The position numbers were made by a program, and so were the translations under genes. Of a stretch of 64,000 bases of DNA, positions 52,304 to 64,000 are shown piece after piece. The stretch lies in the NCBI RefSeq assembly GCF_004010195.1, contig NC_057753.1, positions 3,441,514 to 3,505,513 of the forward strand, written 5' to 3'. Below the pieces are notes generated by a model. It ran no database searches and was not told the origin of the DNA. It saw nothing but the letters and a program-made list of their open reading frames with translations. Position 1 is the first letter of the stretch; every line of letters begins with the position of its first letter. The DNA comes from Chiloscyllium plagiosum (Eukaryota).

Positions 52304-53787
52304 AATTTTGTTCATCCTCACTCTCTTCTTCACTAAGCTTACCTTCAGCCTTCATCTAGATCCTTTTAAACTAACTTTCGTGTCTCAGTGCCAATTTCCG
52401 AAGTCAAACTCTATCTCTTCCTGCCTTTCCTATCGCTCCTTCTCTCTATTCTCTCTTTCTTTCTTTTGGTCTGTGAAAGCGATTCGTTCGTTTTCTCGTT
52501 CCTGTGCTATAGCATTCCTCTTCTTTTCTTATTGTTCAGCTGAAAACTTTCTCCCCATTTCTTTATCTCCTAACGTGGAACTTTTTTCCTTTTCTTCATC
52601 TTCTACCTCCTGCTGCCTCACTTGAAATTGAAACATTTCTAATTCCGCTGCAGTTGGTCATTTATCTGATAGACTCAAGGACTTAACTAACGGCATTTCA
52701 ATTTCAGCGTTCTGCCTGTCTCTGGTTAAATCCAATTCTAACCCGCTTGCTAAGTCCAAAGATTTCTGTCTTTCGAAACTTCATTGGCAAATTTGTGAAG
52801 CATTTTCAAATCCTAGAACCTCTTTAGCAATGTTTTGAGCCATTTCCAAAAATTCCAATGGTCTTTCAAGCACATTTAAATGTTGAAATATTTCGGTAAT
52901 GGCCACAACAATTTTCGGTGTCATTGCAAATTTCGGTTCCAGCCTGATCGCCAATTCCAGCAGTTTTGTCTAGTTGACATTTTGTAAAACCCCCAAACTC
53001 ACTTCTTCTGCCCCACTCTTAGTGATGAAAAGAGCCATTGCTATCCCAAGCCATGTTTAAACGAACGGAAATCAACATCAAGGACAAAGGACACTAACAC
53101 CTATCACTCGCTGCCTTTCAGTCCAGCAACGCTAATACCAAATTTGAACTCCCGAAAAAGTCCAGGACCAGCCCTCAGTCTGTTTTGGACCAGGACGGAC
53201 CCCCTCAAAACATTTGAAGAAGACGTCCCTGACCATATATTTTCTAATTTTGTTTTCGTAGGTGCATAGTGGATATTCCAGGAGTGATGCAGCTGGCAAA
53301 AACCCCTCAATTTTAAACAAAACAGAATTTAATTACCTAAGTAAACCCAAACAAAAGGGAACAGGATACAAAATAACTTAACCTACCCAAAAAAAAAAAC
53401 GTTTAAACGCTATTCCAAATTCCTGCAACAGTCCCATAAAGTGCCACTCGGCAGATAGGTAAAATCACAGCCAGGTTCTTACAGGAGAGATAGGTGACAG
53501 AGAGGTTGAGCATCGGATTTCCTTTCAATGTAGCTGATTCTTCAGATTTCTCTGTCTAAACTGACCAATCACTCTCAACGTCCAGACTACTAACGTCAAT
53601 TCAAACCAGAGAAAAGCTGAGCTGGTCGAACTGGCCACTTCCCTTTCATTATACAACTGTTTTGTTTTGGACTTAAAAGCTTCGTCAATTATATAAACCC
53701 AGGCATCTCGGAAATGATGGCTTTATGAACCTTCTGAAAAGAAAAGAACAACATAACCTTCTTGAAGGAGCAGCATTACTATGGTAT

Positions 53788-55660
53788 TGATTAAACTCCA
53801 TCTACCATTTTTCTGTCCATGCCTCTAAATAATCTGTATCCTGCTGTAACCTCTTATAATTCTCTTCACTATCCACAATTCCTCCAATCCTTGTATCATC
53901 CACAAACTTATTAATTCGTCCAACAACGTTTTCCTCTAAATCATTTATGTAGACCACGAACAACAGGTGTCCTAGCACTGATTCCTGTCGAACACGGTTC
54001 ATCACGACTTTCCATTCTGAAAAAACATGCATCCACCGCTACCCTGTGTCTTCTACGACTAAATCAGCTTTGCATCCATCTTGCCAACTCACCCGTGACT
54101 TCAATTGTCGTACCAGTCTTACATGAGGGACCTTTGCAGAAGACCTTGTAAACAACATCAATCATTTTTCCATCAGCAAACATCATTGTCACTTCCTGAA
54201 AAAAAACTCCACAAGTTTGTGATGCACGATCTCCCCCGCAGATAATATCGTACTGTCTCTCACTAATAGTTCATTCGCTTCTTCATGTGTGAAAATCATG
54301 TCTGATCCATCAATTTCCATACGATCGACATGAGACTCACAGGGCTGATATTTCCTGGATTATTCCTTCTATCCTTCTTAATCAATGTGAATTCATTGAC
54401 TGTTCTTCAGTCCTCTGCGACAATATCTGCGGCCAAAGAGGATTCAAATTGTCTATCAATGCTCCAGCAACGTGTTATTTTGACTCCCTCAATATTCTTG
54501 GATAGATTCCATCAGGACCCGGGATCTACCTAGCTAATTGTTTTGTTTTAAGATGCAGAACCCCTCTTCCTTATTAAGAGCAACGTGGCTTAGAAATTCG
54601 GAACTCTCTTCCCTGCGACCATCCTGCACCAGTTTCTCCTCTTTCATGAACACCGAGACAACATGTTCATTTAGGACCTCACCTACCTCTCTGGCTCCAC
54701 ACGTATTTTCACTCCTTTGTTTTTGAGTGGGCCAACCCTTCCCCGGCTATGCTGTTGCTTTTTTTTAAATGTCTAACAGGTTTTGTGATTCTGCTTAATC
54801 CTGTTTGATAACGACTTTCAAGACCCTGTTAGCCTTTCTAGTTGCTTCTTTTAGTTCTTTCTGACTTTTCTTACGTAATTGATTTGTTTCATCTGTTCCC
54901 ATTCTCTTATACCTTATGTTTGCTTCCTTTTTCTTTTTGACCAAGGTCATAACATTCCTCGTCATCGAAGGTTCATGGAACTTGCATAACTATTCTTCAT
55001 TCTTGCAGGAATGTGCCGCTCCTGGAATCTTATTTGCTGGCGTTTGAATTCCTCCAACATATCTGACGTGGATTGGTTCTCAAACAACCGCTGACAATTA
55101 ACATTTCCCAGCTCCTGCCTAACATTGTAATTCATCTTCCCTAATTTTAACATCTTCATCCGATGACTGCAGTTTTATGCACCTACGAAGATCTTAAAAC
55201 TCACAATATTATGTTCACACCGCAAGAAATTCTCCCCCATGGAAGATTCACTCACCTGGCCCGGGTTATTTCCCAAAAACCAGATCAGCATAACCCTTAT
55301 TTGGTTGGACGGTTTACATGCTGTGCCAGGAAACTCTCGTGAACGGTCCTAACAAATTCTGCCCCATCCAAGCCCCGAGTACGAAGTGAGTCCCAGCCAC
55401 AACAGGGGAAGTTTATATCATGCTCGACAACAAATATGCTGTTTTGGCTTCTTTTCAAAATCTATCTATATAGTCTCTCCTCTGTCACCTACTGACTGTT
55501 AGGAGGCCCAACATTGTGATTTGACCTTTCCTATTCACGAGTTCTACTCATATTGCCTCACTGCACACGTCCTTTGATACATATTCCATCAGTACGGCCT
55601 TGAGATGCTCCTTTACCAGTTATGCAACTCCCCCACCCCTTTGACACAGCCTTATTTCCC
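53788..55660 (-). mobile_element. CR1 (RT and EN regions)
   Basis: VRQESVLGHLLFVVYINDL...INKFVDDTRIGG. Confidence 0.85.
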
Positions 55661-58227
55661 ATTTGAAACGTCTATCGACATACCAAATCCGATTGAAACT
55701 AGTGATCTGGATTAACTCGCACTGAACATATTTGTGAAAATGTTGCTCTAAGCTGACAACACCCATTTGCATTCAACTAGAATTGCCATACTGAAAACAA
55801 TTGTACTAAAGTGAATGGACAGTGTCAGAAGAGCATGGAATCATGGTGCCCGTGAGCCGTGATCATATGGATTGACTAATAATCAATGCTGAGAGCTTGC
55901 CAATATTGGCTGCAGTTGCCTTTCGGCCCAGTACATCTCTCAGCAAATATGCAATGTGCCAAGTTGTAGTAGTGCTTAATATCAAAATGGTATCTTCGAA
56001 ATAGATCATTAAAAGCTAAATAGGGGTATCAATAAGCAGTTGCTGAAGAATGAACATGTATACGTGATACTGGACTGTTTTGCATGAAGATGGCCTTGAC
56101 CTGTTTTGCTACGATACTTGGAATCATTTCTGACCACAAAGCACATATGAATGATTGGACTTTGATTAGACTTAACATTCAGGCTGATTTTGTGACTACT
56201 ATCATGGAAATTACTGCAGAGCTCTATTGCAATGGTGATGAGGTCCTCGACTTGTGAGAAGGCATGGCACATGCTTGCTTGACTATATCCAATTAGTTCA
56301 AGCTAAGCATTTTATAAAGCCAATGAGTATTTTTATTTTAATTGTAAATGAAATATTTAAGCTAATAAATTTGTATTGCATTCGAGCACACTAACCTGCT
56401 TGTATTTATTTGATCAAACATTCTTTTCGGGCACTTCACGAAGGCCTGATGTTACTTTGTCATTTGCGATCAGGGTCTGAACAAAACGTTTAAGGAGGAA
56501 GTATTCGGTATCCAGGGCTAGGTTTGGAGTTCTAATGAACTGGTTGAAAGAATTAGGGCACCGCAATTTTGGGATAAGGATTTGGAGGAAATCCCCAAAA
56601 GACTACTTCTCGGGAGTAAAGGACAGTTGCAAGGACAGTCCCTTCCCCAAATGGACCGAAAGAATTGCCCAAATGCGGTGCATTCAGCTGACGAGCGTCG
56701 GCGATGGGCCTCGAACCCAAGTCCCCCAAACATTATGTGTGTCTCCAGATTAACAAGCTGTCGCTTCTCTTTATGACATTACCTCCCCAAACTATCAATG
56801 CGTGGATGCCTCAGTATTCTTGAGGAGGTATTGAATCTTGGAATATTGAAGATTTTTTGAAAAATTACTGCATGAGGACAGTATGTATCGCTCATCCACA
56901 ATTGTCCATAAAGCAGTTGAGAGCCGCTTGACTCTTAGGCCAGACCAGTTCAGGATAGTCATTTCTTTCGCTTAAATGAACAAAATGGATTTTGTTTTAT
57001 CGAACAATTTACAATGGATTCGTAGAAAAACAAGTTGAATTCAAATTACATCATGCATCGTGGATTTCTTGCATTATCTCGAACTTTACCTGGGTCTCTG
57101 GATTACCAGTCCAGTGGCAATAGCACAAGGAAATCGACTTCCCTTATGACATTGTGATTTGGAAACTGGAAGGTGTGAATGAAGTTTTGTTCAAACAGTG
57201 AAGCCGAACAGAGCCTTGTCCATTCTGGCAGTCTGCTGTCTCAATGGGTTAGAGAACTGTGTGAACTTGCTTACGTACATTCCATAAGTGAATGACGACT
57301 GTGTGTGAACGTTCAGCGGGGTGTACATCTTCCTTTTACTCTAACCACGTGGAATCCGCTTACATCATTTGTTACATTGTCAGGACAATGTGAAATATCC
57401 TTGTAAAGCCTTCCTTCATGAGCCTTGTCATTGCTCAGCCCCACACATCTACCACATTTTCTCACTCTGCTGGACTGCGCTAAACTCCGTAACAATATTG
57501 TACTGCGACGATTTTATCAATAGTTTTGATTAGTTACATATTTCACTGTGCGAAACTGATAATTCAGTCTGTTGTTACTTGGTTAAGTGTTGAATTTAAG
57601 TTGAAATGCCAGCTATCTGCCATTGTATGTGAAAGCAAATATAGACGGCTTGAAATATCACTTTTTGTAAATTAATGGTCGGTTTAGAAGACAATTATCA
57701 ACAGCAAACATGAAATGGTATTTCAGGACTGTATGTTAATATGGAATGCTAATCTTCACATTGCTAAACATCTTATTGTTTTCGATTCACTTACCAACTT
57801 GTGTCAGCAGCATGGAAGTCGGACATAATTACATTGACACCAGAATTATCCATCTTTTATTACCAGTAGAGTACGTGGTGATCAAGTGTTGTGGTGTGGT
57901 ATTATTCCACAGCGAATCCTAACGTTCAGTTCCAATGAAGTTTGCCTGATATTAGCGTTTAAATATGAAACTCACTGTTGTGCAACTTGGTTAATTCAGT
58001 TCTCTCCAGGCAAATGAAGAGGTCAGAGAGAGGTCGTGTGCCTGATGGAATGGATTTAGGGCTGCTGATGTATTGCATAATCAGCCAGATTTACCTTGGA
58101 AGGCAGAAATAACTGTGTGCACATTAAGGGACATAGAAAAATGAGATTTTGCAGAAGGCACAAGAAAGGCTGTGCTGAACTCACAAATAATTCGAACTTG
58201 GCGGGCTTTCAGAAGATTTATTTTTCC

Positions 58228-58293
58228 CTGATAATTCATTCTGATGCTACTTGGTTAAGTGTTGAATTTAAGTTGAAATGCCAGCTATCTGCC
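58228..58293. repeat. 66-bp dispersed duplicate of 57556-57621
   Basis: 3 mismatches in 66 nt; a single copy in the gene B block. Confidence 0.9.
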
Positions 58294-58429
58294 TGCTATG
58301 AATTTCTGGCCAAATTAGACAGCCTTATACGGAGAAAGAGGTTGAGCTGAATAACAGTTTGGCGGCACCTAGCGGCGTATGTCAATGAGTATAAACGATT
58401 GGAAGTTTTCAGCTAATGCGCCTGCAGTG

Positions 58430-59340
58430 TCAACACCTTAAAAGTTTTAATAGCAATCTCCACGGATGTTTTAACCCGTTCTTTAACACGTCCCTGAATT
58501 TATTCTGGGTCCCCGCATAAATAAATGGGTTGATGCAGGAACTCAGAAACTGAAGCATATACCCAGTTTCCTCCAGGATAAAGGATGACTTACTATAGTC
58601 AGAAGCTGAGTAATAAGCAACTTTCGCAATTCGGACATAGAGCACAGTTACAAAAAATACCGAATACAGCAGAAGAAAACTGCCTGAAATGCCAAAGAGT
58701 AAGATAATAGATTTTTTCCTTTTCTCCATCTCTGGATCAGTCTGATCCTCTCCATTGCTCAGGATTCGGAGTCTCCTGCGGGCTCGATTGGCCGCTAAAA
58801 TGTGCCTTACTGTCAGAGCATTGAGCAGTAAAATCAGAACGAATGGGAGGCAGGGGGCAAGAATGGAACGAATCAAATCATATGCAGCCCAAGCCTGTGA
58901 GGTACTAAATGCAAATATTGTAACACAGAACCAGGGTACATTATTAATTGTATACAACGGTTCAAATATAAAATATAAAAATGCATTTTTAAAACAACTC
59001 AGCGTGCAGACGCCCCCTATAACCCACTTCGCTGTTAGTTCTGTACAGTATTTTACTTTTAGCTTCTGGCAACAAATGGCCACAAAGCGATCAAAGGTGA
59101 AAGCGACCGTTAACCAGGCAGAAATATCTATTACTGAATAAATAAGGACAACACGGAGACTGCATATTGGTGTGATGAATAAGAAACTAAATGGGAGATA
59201 AATGCCAGCAGTCCGGTTTATAATCACGTTAACAATAATGACCAAGAGATCTGCTAGCGCCATGGATACCACGTAGGAAATGATGCACCCAGAAATACCA
59301 CATCTTCTTCGGTATAAGATTGCGATCACGGCCAAATTTG
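58430..59340 (-). CDS. Exon 2 of GPR139-like class A GPCR (gene D)
   Basis: Acceptor TTCTCTCTGTTATAG|CA; 911 nt open frame with DRF and NPFIY; colinear with gene B without indels. Confidence 0.95.
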
Positions 59341-60715
59341 CTATAACAGAGAGAATGAAGAGTGCATAATAAGAATTATGTCCTGAGGGAGTGGTAGCAA
59401 TGAAGTCATTAGAGCAAATTTCAACAAAATTATTCTTTTTACACAATTCTGAGTGGAAGCCAGACACGTGTGGCTAGTTTTTATTTTGCACTTGGAAACT
59501 ATGCTTCACATCCAGTTCGAGTTTCTATTGAGTTTAGAGCACTCATCTTAACTGAAACCAAGTTATGCCAGTGACAAGAGAAATCAATAATGTAAGTAAT
59601 AAAGGAGAGAAAATGGTTTTGAAAACACGCCAAAATGTACACAGAGAATGACTGGAAGAATAGTATGCATGCACTGAGTGGGTACGTGTTAAATAGCAAC
59701 TGGGCACATGATGCCTGTCCAGAAAACTCATTGAACATTGATGATTGTAAAATAATTATACAAATATTATGAAAATCTGTAAAATAGCCCTCTGTTAAAA
59801 TTGCCTGCAGATAACATAAACAAAAGAATCCTGAGGCATAGGGAGTGGGATGAAAACAGCATTTCTTAGGCTTTGCACAGGAGAAGTTGATTCAAGAGCA
59901 TTTCTTATATATTTAACTGGAAACCTCAATGCTGACGTGAACCACTAGACCTTTACACACGTCAAGTTTTCAATCAGAGAACATCTACAATACCACACTT
60001 TACCGTCAAGAGAAGTGAGCACTTCTGTGCAGTGGTATATATTAACTTTGTGATACTCACTGACTGAAGTCTTTCCCAATAGCACAATAAAACAACACTT
60101 ATATCGAGATGACAGTGACAAAGGCACAAATTATATCATTATAGAGATCTGAAGAGAAGCAATATAAAACAAAAGCACAGCTATGGCTAGGAGCTGCAAT
60201 ATTTGCTGTGACGGAGGTAATGTTCAATATTGACTTGAATATTGTGCAGGTTTACGGGGAGAATAGGTGAGAACAGCATCAACTGAATTGTTTATCCGCA
60301 GACCGGATAAACACAAGACTGTCCAAAGATCTCCTTTAATCACTGAATTCTTTCCGATATTCAGTAAACAGAAGATTAGCACAGCTATTAAGTAAACAGA
60401 AAAAGTTAATTAGGAAACATATCCTAAAGAAACTCAACTAAGAATGAAGGTAAATTAAATTCATAAAAGTGAGAACATAGACGACTAATAATGAAAAAGT
60501 CAACTGGTGAATTTTGTTTCAATTGATTGGAAGATATTCCGAAGACCAGGTTTTAAAAATGCGACCTTAAGATAGGAGAGACCACCTACTAAGGGAAACT
60601 TTAAATTGGAGATGAAATATCCACAGTGTGAAAATGGGCTCTCAGTTATAAACAAAGAAAGGTGATTCAACAAATCTACAATTTATAAAATAATAACTGA
60701 ATGCAATTTTTTTAC

Positions 60716-60785
60716 CTGGTATCCCGATAGCCGCAAGCAAATTATAGTAAATGGAAAACAACAGACCTTTTGGTGATATGTGCAT
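60716..60785 (-). CDS. Exon 1 of gene D
   Basis: Encodes the same 23 aa as gene B exon 1 (2 synonymous differences); donor CCAG|GTAAAA; intron 59341-60715. Confidence 0.9.
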
Positions 60786-60835
60786 TTCTATCAGAAGTTT
60801 TAAGCACATTCAGCGTTATGTTGTATTTTTCCACG

Positions 60836-60870
60836 TTTATAGATGAGTCAGACTCAGGGGATTTAATTAG
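60836..60870 (-). promoter_or_regulatory. Gene D proximal promoter: TATA, AP-1-like site, homeodomain/EBF-like composite
   Basis: TATAAA 60841-60836; TGACTCA 60850-60844; CTAATTAAATCCCCTGAG 60870-60853. Confidence 0.7.
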
Positions 60871-61764
60871 ATGGTGGAACATTTCACACCAATTAGGATT
60901 GTTCTAAAAAATGATGCATGCAGTTGCAGTTGGGCTTATTTTGATGGATTTGAACTGGAATGGGGAACACCGAGGGAGTGCAAAGTGCTTCGCCACCGAT
61001 GTTTCTTTATCTAAGTTCATGGCCTGGGGTTTCAGTTCATGGCTTAAACAATGGCATTCCCTTTTGCTCAAGCTGAAAGGTGCGAATTTCCCTTGTAGAT
61101 TTTAGCGACCATGAAATTAAATCTCTGACTGGTGTATTATTGTCCAAAGAAAGTTTTATGCAACCATCAAGGAGATCGAATCCGCAGAAGGTCACTAACC
61201 ATATTGCATTACTGGTCAATCATAATCCTAATTACCTTAGGTTTTAACTCAAACATAGCTATGCATTTTCTGATGACCGCATTATGTCTTCCAAACGCAG
61301 CAAATACCATTCTTTTGTAGATATCTAATTCTGTTGAAAATACAATGGAGTACATGGATTATTTTTTTAAAAAATAGAGCACGACGGATGCTGCAAATCT
61401 GAAGCAAAACAGTAAATGTTCGAAAAACGCAGAAGGCCTGGAAATAAATTTGCAAATAGAAAGTTAACTTTTAGCATCCTCTTTGACTAATCATGAATCA
61501 CATGATACTCTGACTTCAGTGCCGGATGAGAGATGAAGGTTTCCGACAAAACACAAGTCAGAAGTGTGATGGAATCCTCTCCACTTGCTTGGATGAGTAC
61601 AGCTCCAACAACACTCTAGAATCTTGACACCAATTGAGGAGCAAACAGCCCCATTGATTTTGGTGGCGCTGCTCCATTAACGAGGTTCAGTTGTCCTTGT
61701 GTTTCTTTTACAGAAGTGTTTTATGAGACATAGGTTCCGAAATAAAAAGGTAAAAATAATGACA

Positions 61765-62295
61765 CTGTCCTCGACGCTGTCCTATCCCCCCAGTCCAGGA
61801 ACTCCCCACATACGTTCGAGACACCACCCATGCCCTCCACCTCCTCCAAGACTTCCGTTTCCCCGGCCCCCAACGCCTCATCTTCACCATGGATATCCAC
61901 TAGTCCTCCTGGGAGCAGATGCTGCGGAGACGAAGGAATTGGAGAAATGGGATGGCGTTCTTACAGGGGGCAGGGTGGGAGGAGGTGTAGTCCAGGTAGC
62001 TGTTGGAGTCGGTCGGTTTGTAGTAGATGTCCGTGTTGATTCGGTCGCCTGAGATAGAAATAGAAAAGTCGAGGAAGGGGAGGGAGGAATCTGCGACTGT
62101 CCAGGTGAATTTGAGATCGGGGTGGGAAGGTGTTGGTGAAGAGGATGAACTGTTCAACCTCCTCGTGGGAGCATGAGGTGGCGCCGATACAGTCAACGAT
62201 GTAGCGGAGGAAAAGGTGGGGGGTGAGGCCAGTGTAGTTGCGGAAGATGGACTGTTCCACATATCCTACGAAAAGGCAGCAGTATGCGCCGTCTG
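61765..62295 (-). mobile_element. Penelope-like RT fragment with an inverted piece (about 61765-61900 on +)
   Basis: LFVGYVEQ...FLRYIVDCIG and HPDLKFTW...LPFLD...DIYYKPTDS.SYLDYTSSHP; sits inside old LINE remnants (61550-61660, 62330-62600). Confidence 0.85.
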
Positions 62296-64000
62296 GAGGA
62301 GGCAGGAAACATTTGTAAGGTATTTTGCACATTGCCTTCCAAGTGTACAACTGTTGCCAGTTCGATGAATCAGGTCAGCAGGCACATGGGAAAAACAACA
62401 CCCGCAAGTTGCCTTCCAATTGCTATTTCTAGTGTATTTTGGATCAATATTCTTGAACACCAGCCCCCTTCCAAACAGCATTTTGAGTGTACCTACACCA
62501 ACATGACTGCAGCAGTTTAACAAGACAACTTCTCATCGTCTTCGCAAAGGCAAGAGGGATGAGCAATAACTCTAAGATCAGTCAGTAATGCCAACATCCT
62601 GCGTTTGAAGGGACATGCTTTTCAATATGTTTATATGCATCTATATATTAAATAATGTAAAGTGAAAGCCGGTTATCTATTGTCTCTCAAAGAATAGTTT
62701 TCAAAATGGTCAATTGCAGCTAAGCAAATCGTTGCAACCATTTCTAAAAAAGCAAACTCTTGAATTGTCATGCAGCGTGAATGAAACTGATATTAATATC
62801 TCTGATATGCTTAGAAATCATCAGGAGAATGAATTTGCAATGATGAATAAATGTGTTTCTTTTTCAATGGAAATTCAACATTAGACGCATAAAGAGTTAT
62901 GTGTATGAATTTGTTGCAGTAATAAAGATACCAGAACGTTTTATAGATTGGATGAAGGGGAGTATATCGTAGCATACTGAAATGGAAGCTGCAACTGTGC
63001 AGGTTCAGAAGTGCCTTGAAGATGAAATACCTGTTTCTGAGTGGTCTAATTGCAATAATTCATTGATACCTGCAAATGTGACCTACGTTGTGAAGGGTTT
63101 ATCTATGATCAATGGCTGCTGCTTTGGAAGAATGGCACATGAACCTCGCTTGTTGAGCCCCAACAACTTTGACCATATAAGCTTTACTCTCTCTGGGACC
63201 ACAGGCCTAATTTGAGGCTCACGTTGAATGTATTAACGACAATACGGCAGTCTTTGCACGCACGTGTCCAACAAATGAATATAGAATGTGTTGAGAAATT
63301 TTATTGTAATTCTTCCATGCTTCAACAAGTTTACATCCGCATGTTCAATGTCATAATACGTACAAGGTTCGGCAGTAGAATGAGATTCTAAACGGAAATC
63401 TGCATAGAAGTGAAGACTTTATTTGTTGTGATCTGACTAGAAGTGATAACCCCGTATATTCTGGCCAGCGATGGACTCTCATTTGCTGTTTGTTTATTTG
63501 ATGCATTATTCTTTAAATATATTATTCGTATTACGATACATAATCAGCTCATTGTTTTTGATCACAACACTGGATTGCAAAAGTTTGAGCTGATTGAGTG
63601 TGACTGTATTAATCATAATGATACTGTTGATATATTATTTCATTGAGGTCGTGATACATATGTACATTTATCATGCTATTGACTTTGATGACTAGTTCAT
63701 TTACACAACAGGTTCGTTGATTGATAGAGTGGAAGTGTTAATGATCCCGAAATAATTGAATTAAATAATTTATTGAAGGGATGTTATTCCAGAATAAGTT
63801 GCAGAGAACTCTGGAAAATAAAGTAGGAATGTCCTTCAATGGATGTTAATATTTACCTGTTATCACAGCGCACGGAGATCAGTTCTCTGACAACTTATCA
63901 CTGAATACTCTTCACGTTTTTCTGTTGTCTCTCCACTCTGAGGTCTTGAATACTTCCACAATTATTGTGTTAAAGGACACACTTGTATTTTCTGTCTTCA

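Larger units (their letters stand above)
46706..53787 (-). mobile_element. Full-length degenerate Gmr1-like Ty3/Gypsy LTR retrotransposon
   Basis: Two diverged LTRs (about 46709-47541 and 53181-53780), PPT 47545-47553, tRNA-Pro-like PBS 53160-53177. Order on -: gag (AREVFASLS), PR region, IN (FCQTCRTCQ; VQSDQRANFTS; YHPE), RT (DYCKVNAVTKTD; SKLDLLRGY), RNase H. Confidence 0.85.

Noticed and set aside
59341..59467. N-terminal extension of the 345-aa ORF
   Set aside because: It is read-through into the intron. A canonical acceptor at 59341-59342 and exon 1 at 60716-60785 supply the true TM1, and the frame is closed in gene B.
1..64000. CRISPR arrays, operons or other prokaryotic systems
   Set aside because: The sequence is vertebrate, with spliced genes and LINE/SINE content; no repeat-spacer array seen.

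Overview
Vertebrate genomic DNA, almost certainly from a shark: it carries HE1-type tRNA SINEs, shark-type CR1, Rex1/Babar, RTE, Penelope and Gypsy elements, plus two N gaps. The only host genes I can support are a co-oriented, minus-strand tandem cluster of two-exon class A GPCRs related to GPR139/GPR142. These are exon 1 of gene A (1160-1229; exon 2 lies beyond the left edge), intact gene B (16425-18845, 326 aa), pseudogene C (38472-39377) and intact gene D (58430-60785, 326 aa, about 89% identical to B by hand count). All three visible promoters share a TATA box about 50 nt from the ATG and a fixed-spacing homeodomain plus Olf/EBF-like composite motif (CTAATTAAnTCCC...), the layout known from odorant-receptor promoters and enhancers. 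B and D differ in a run of six consecutive ECL2 residues, and the cluster shows birth-and-death turnover. Together these suggest, as inference only, an expanded chondrichthyan chemoreceptor family. The rest is nested transposon debris, including a Gmr1-type LTR retrotransposon (integrase before RT), a solo LTR whose empty site is visible in the paralogous block, a Tigger-like MITE and Penelope hammerhead ribozyme motifs.
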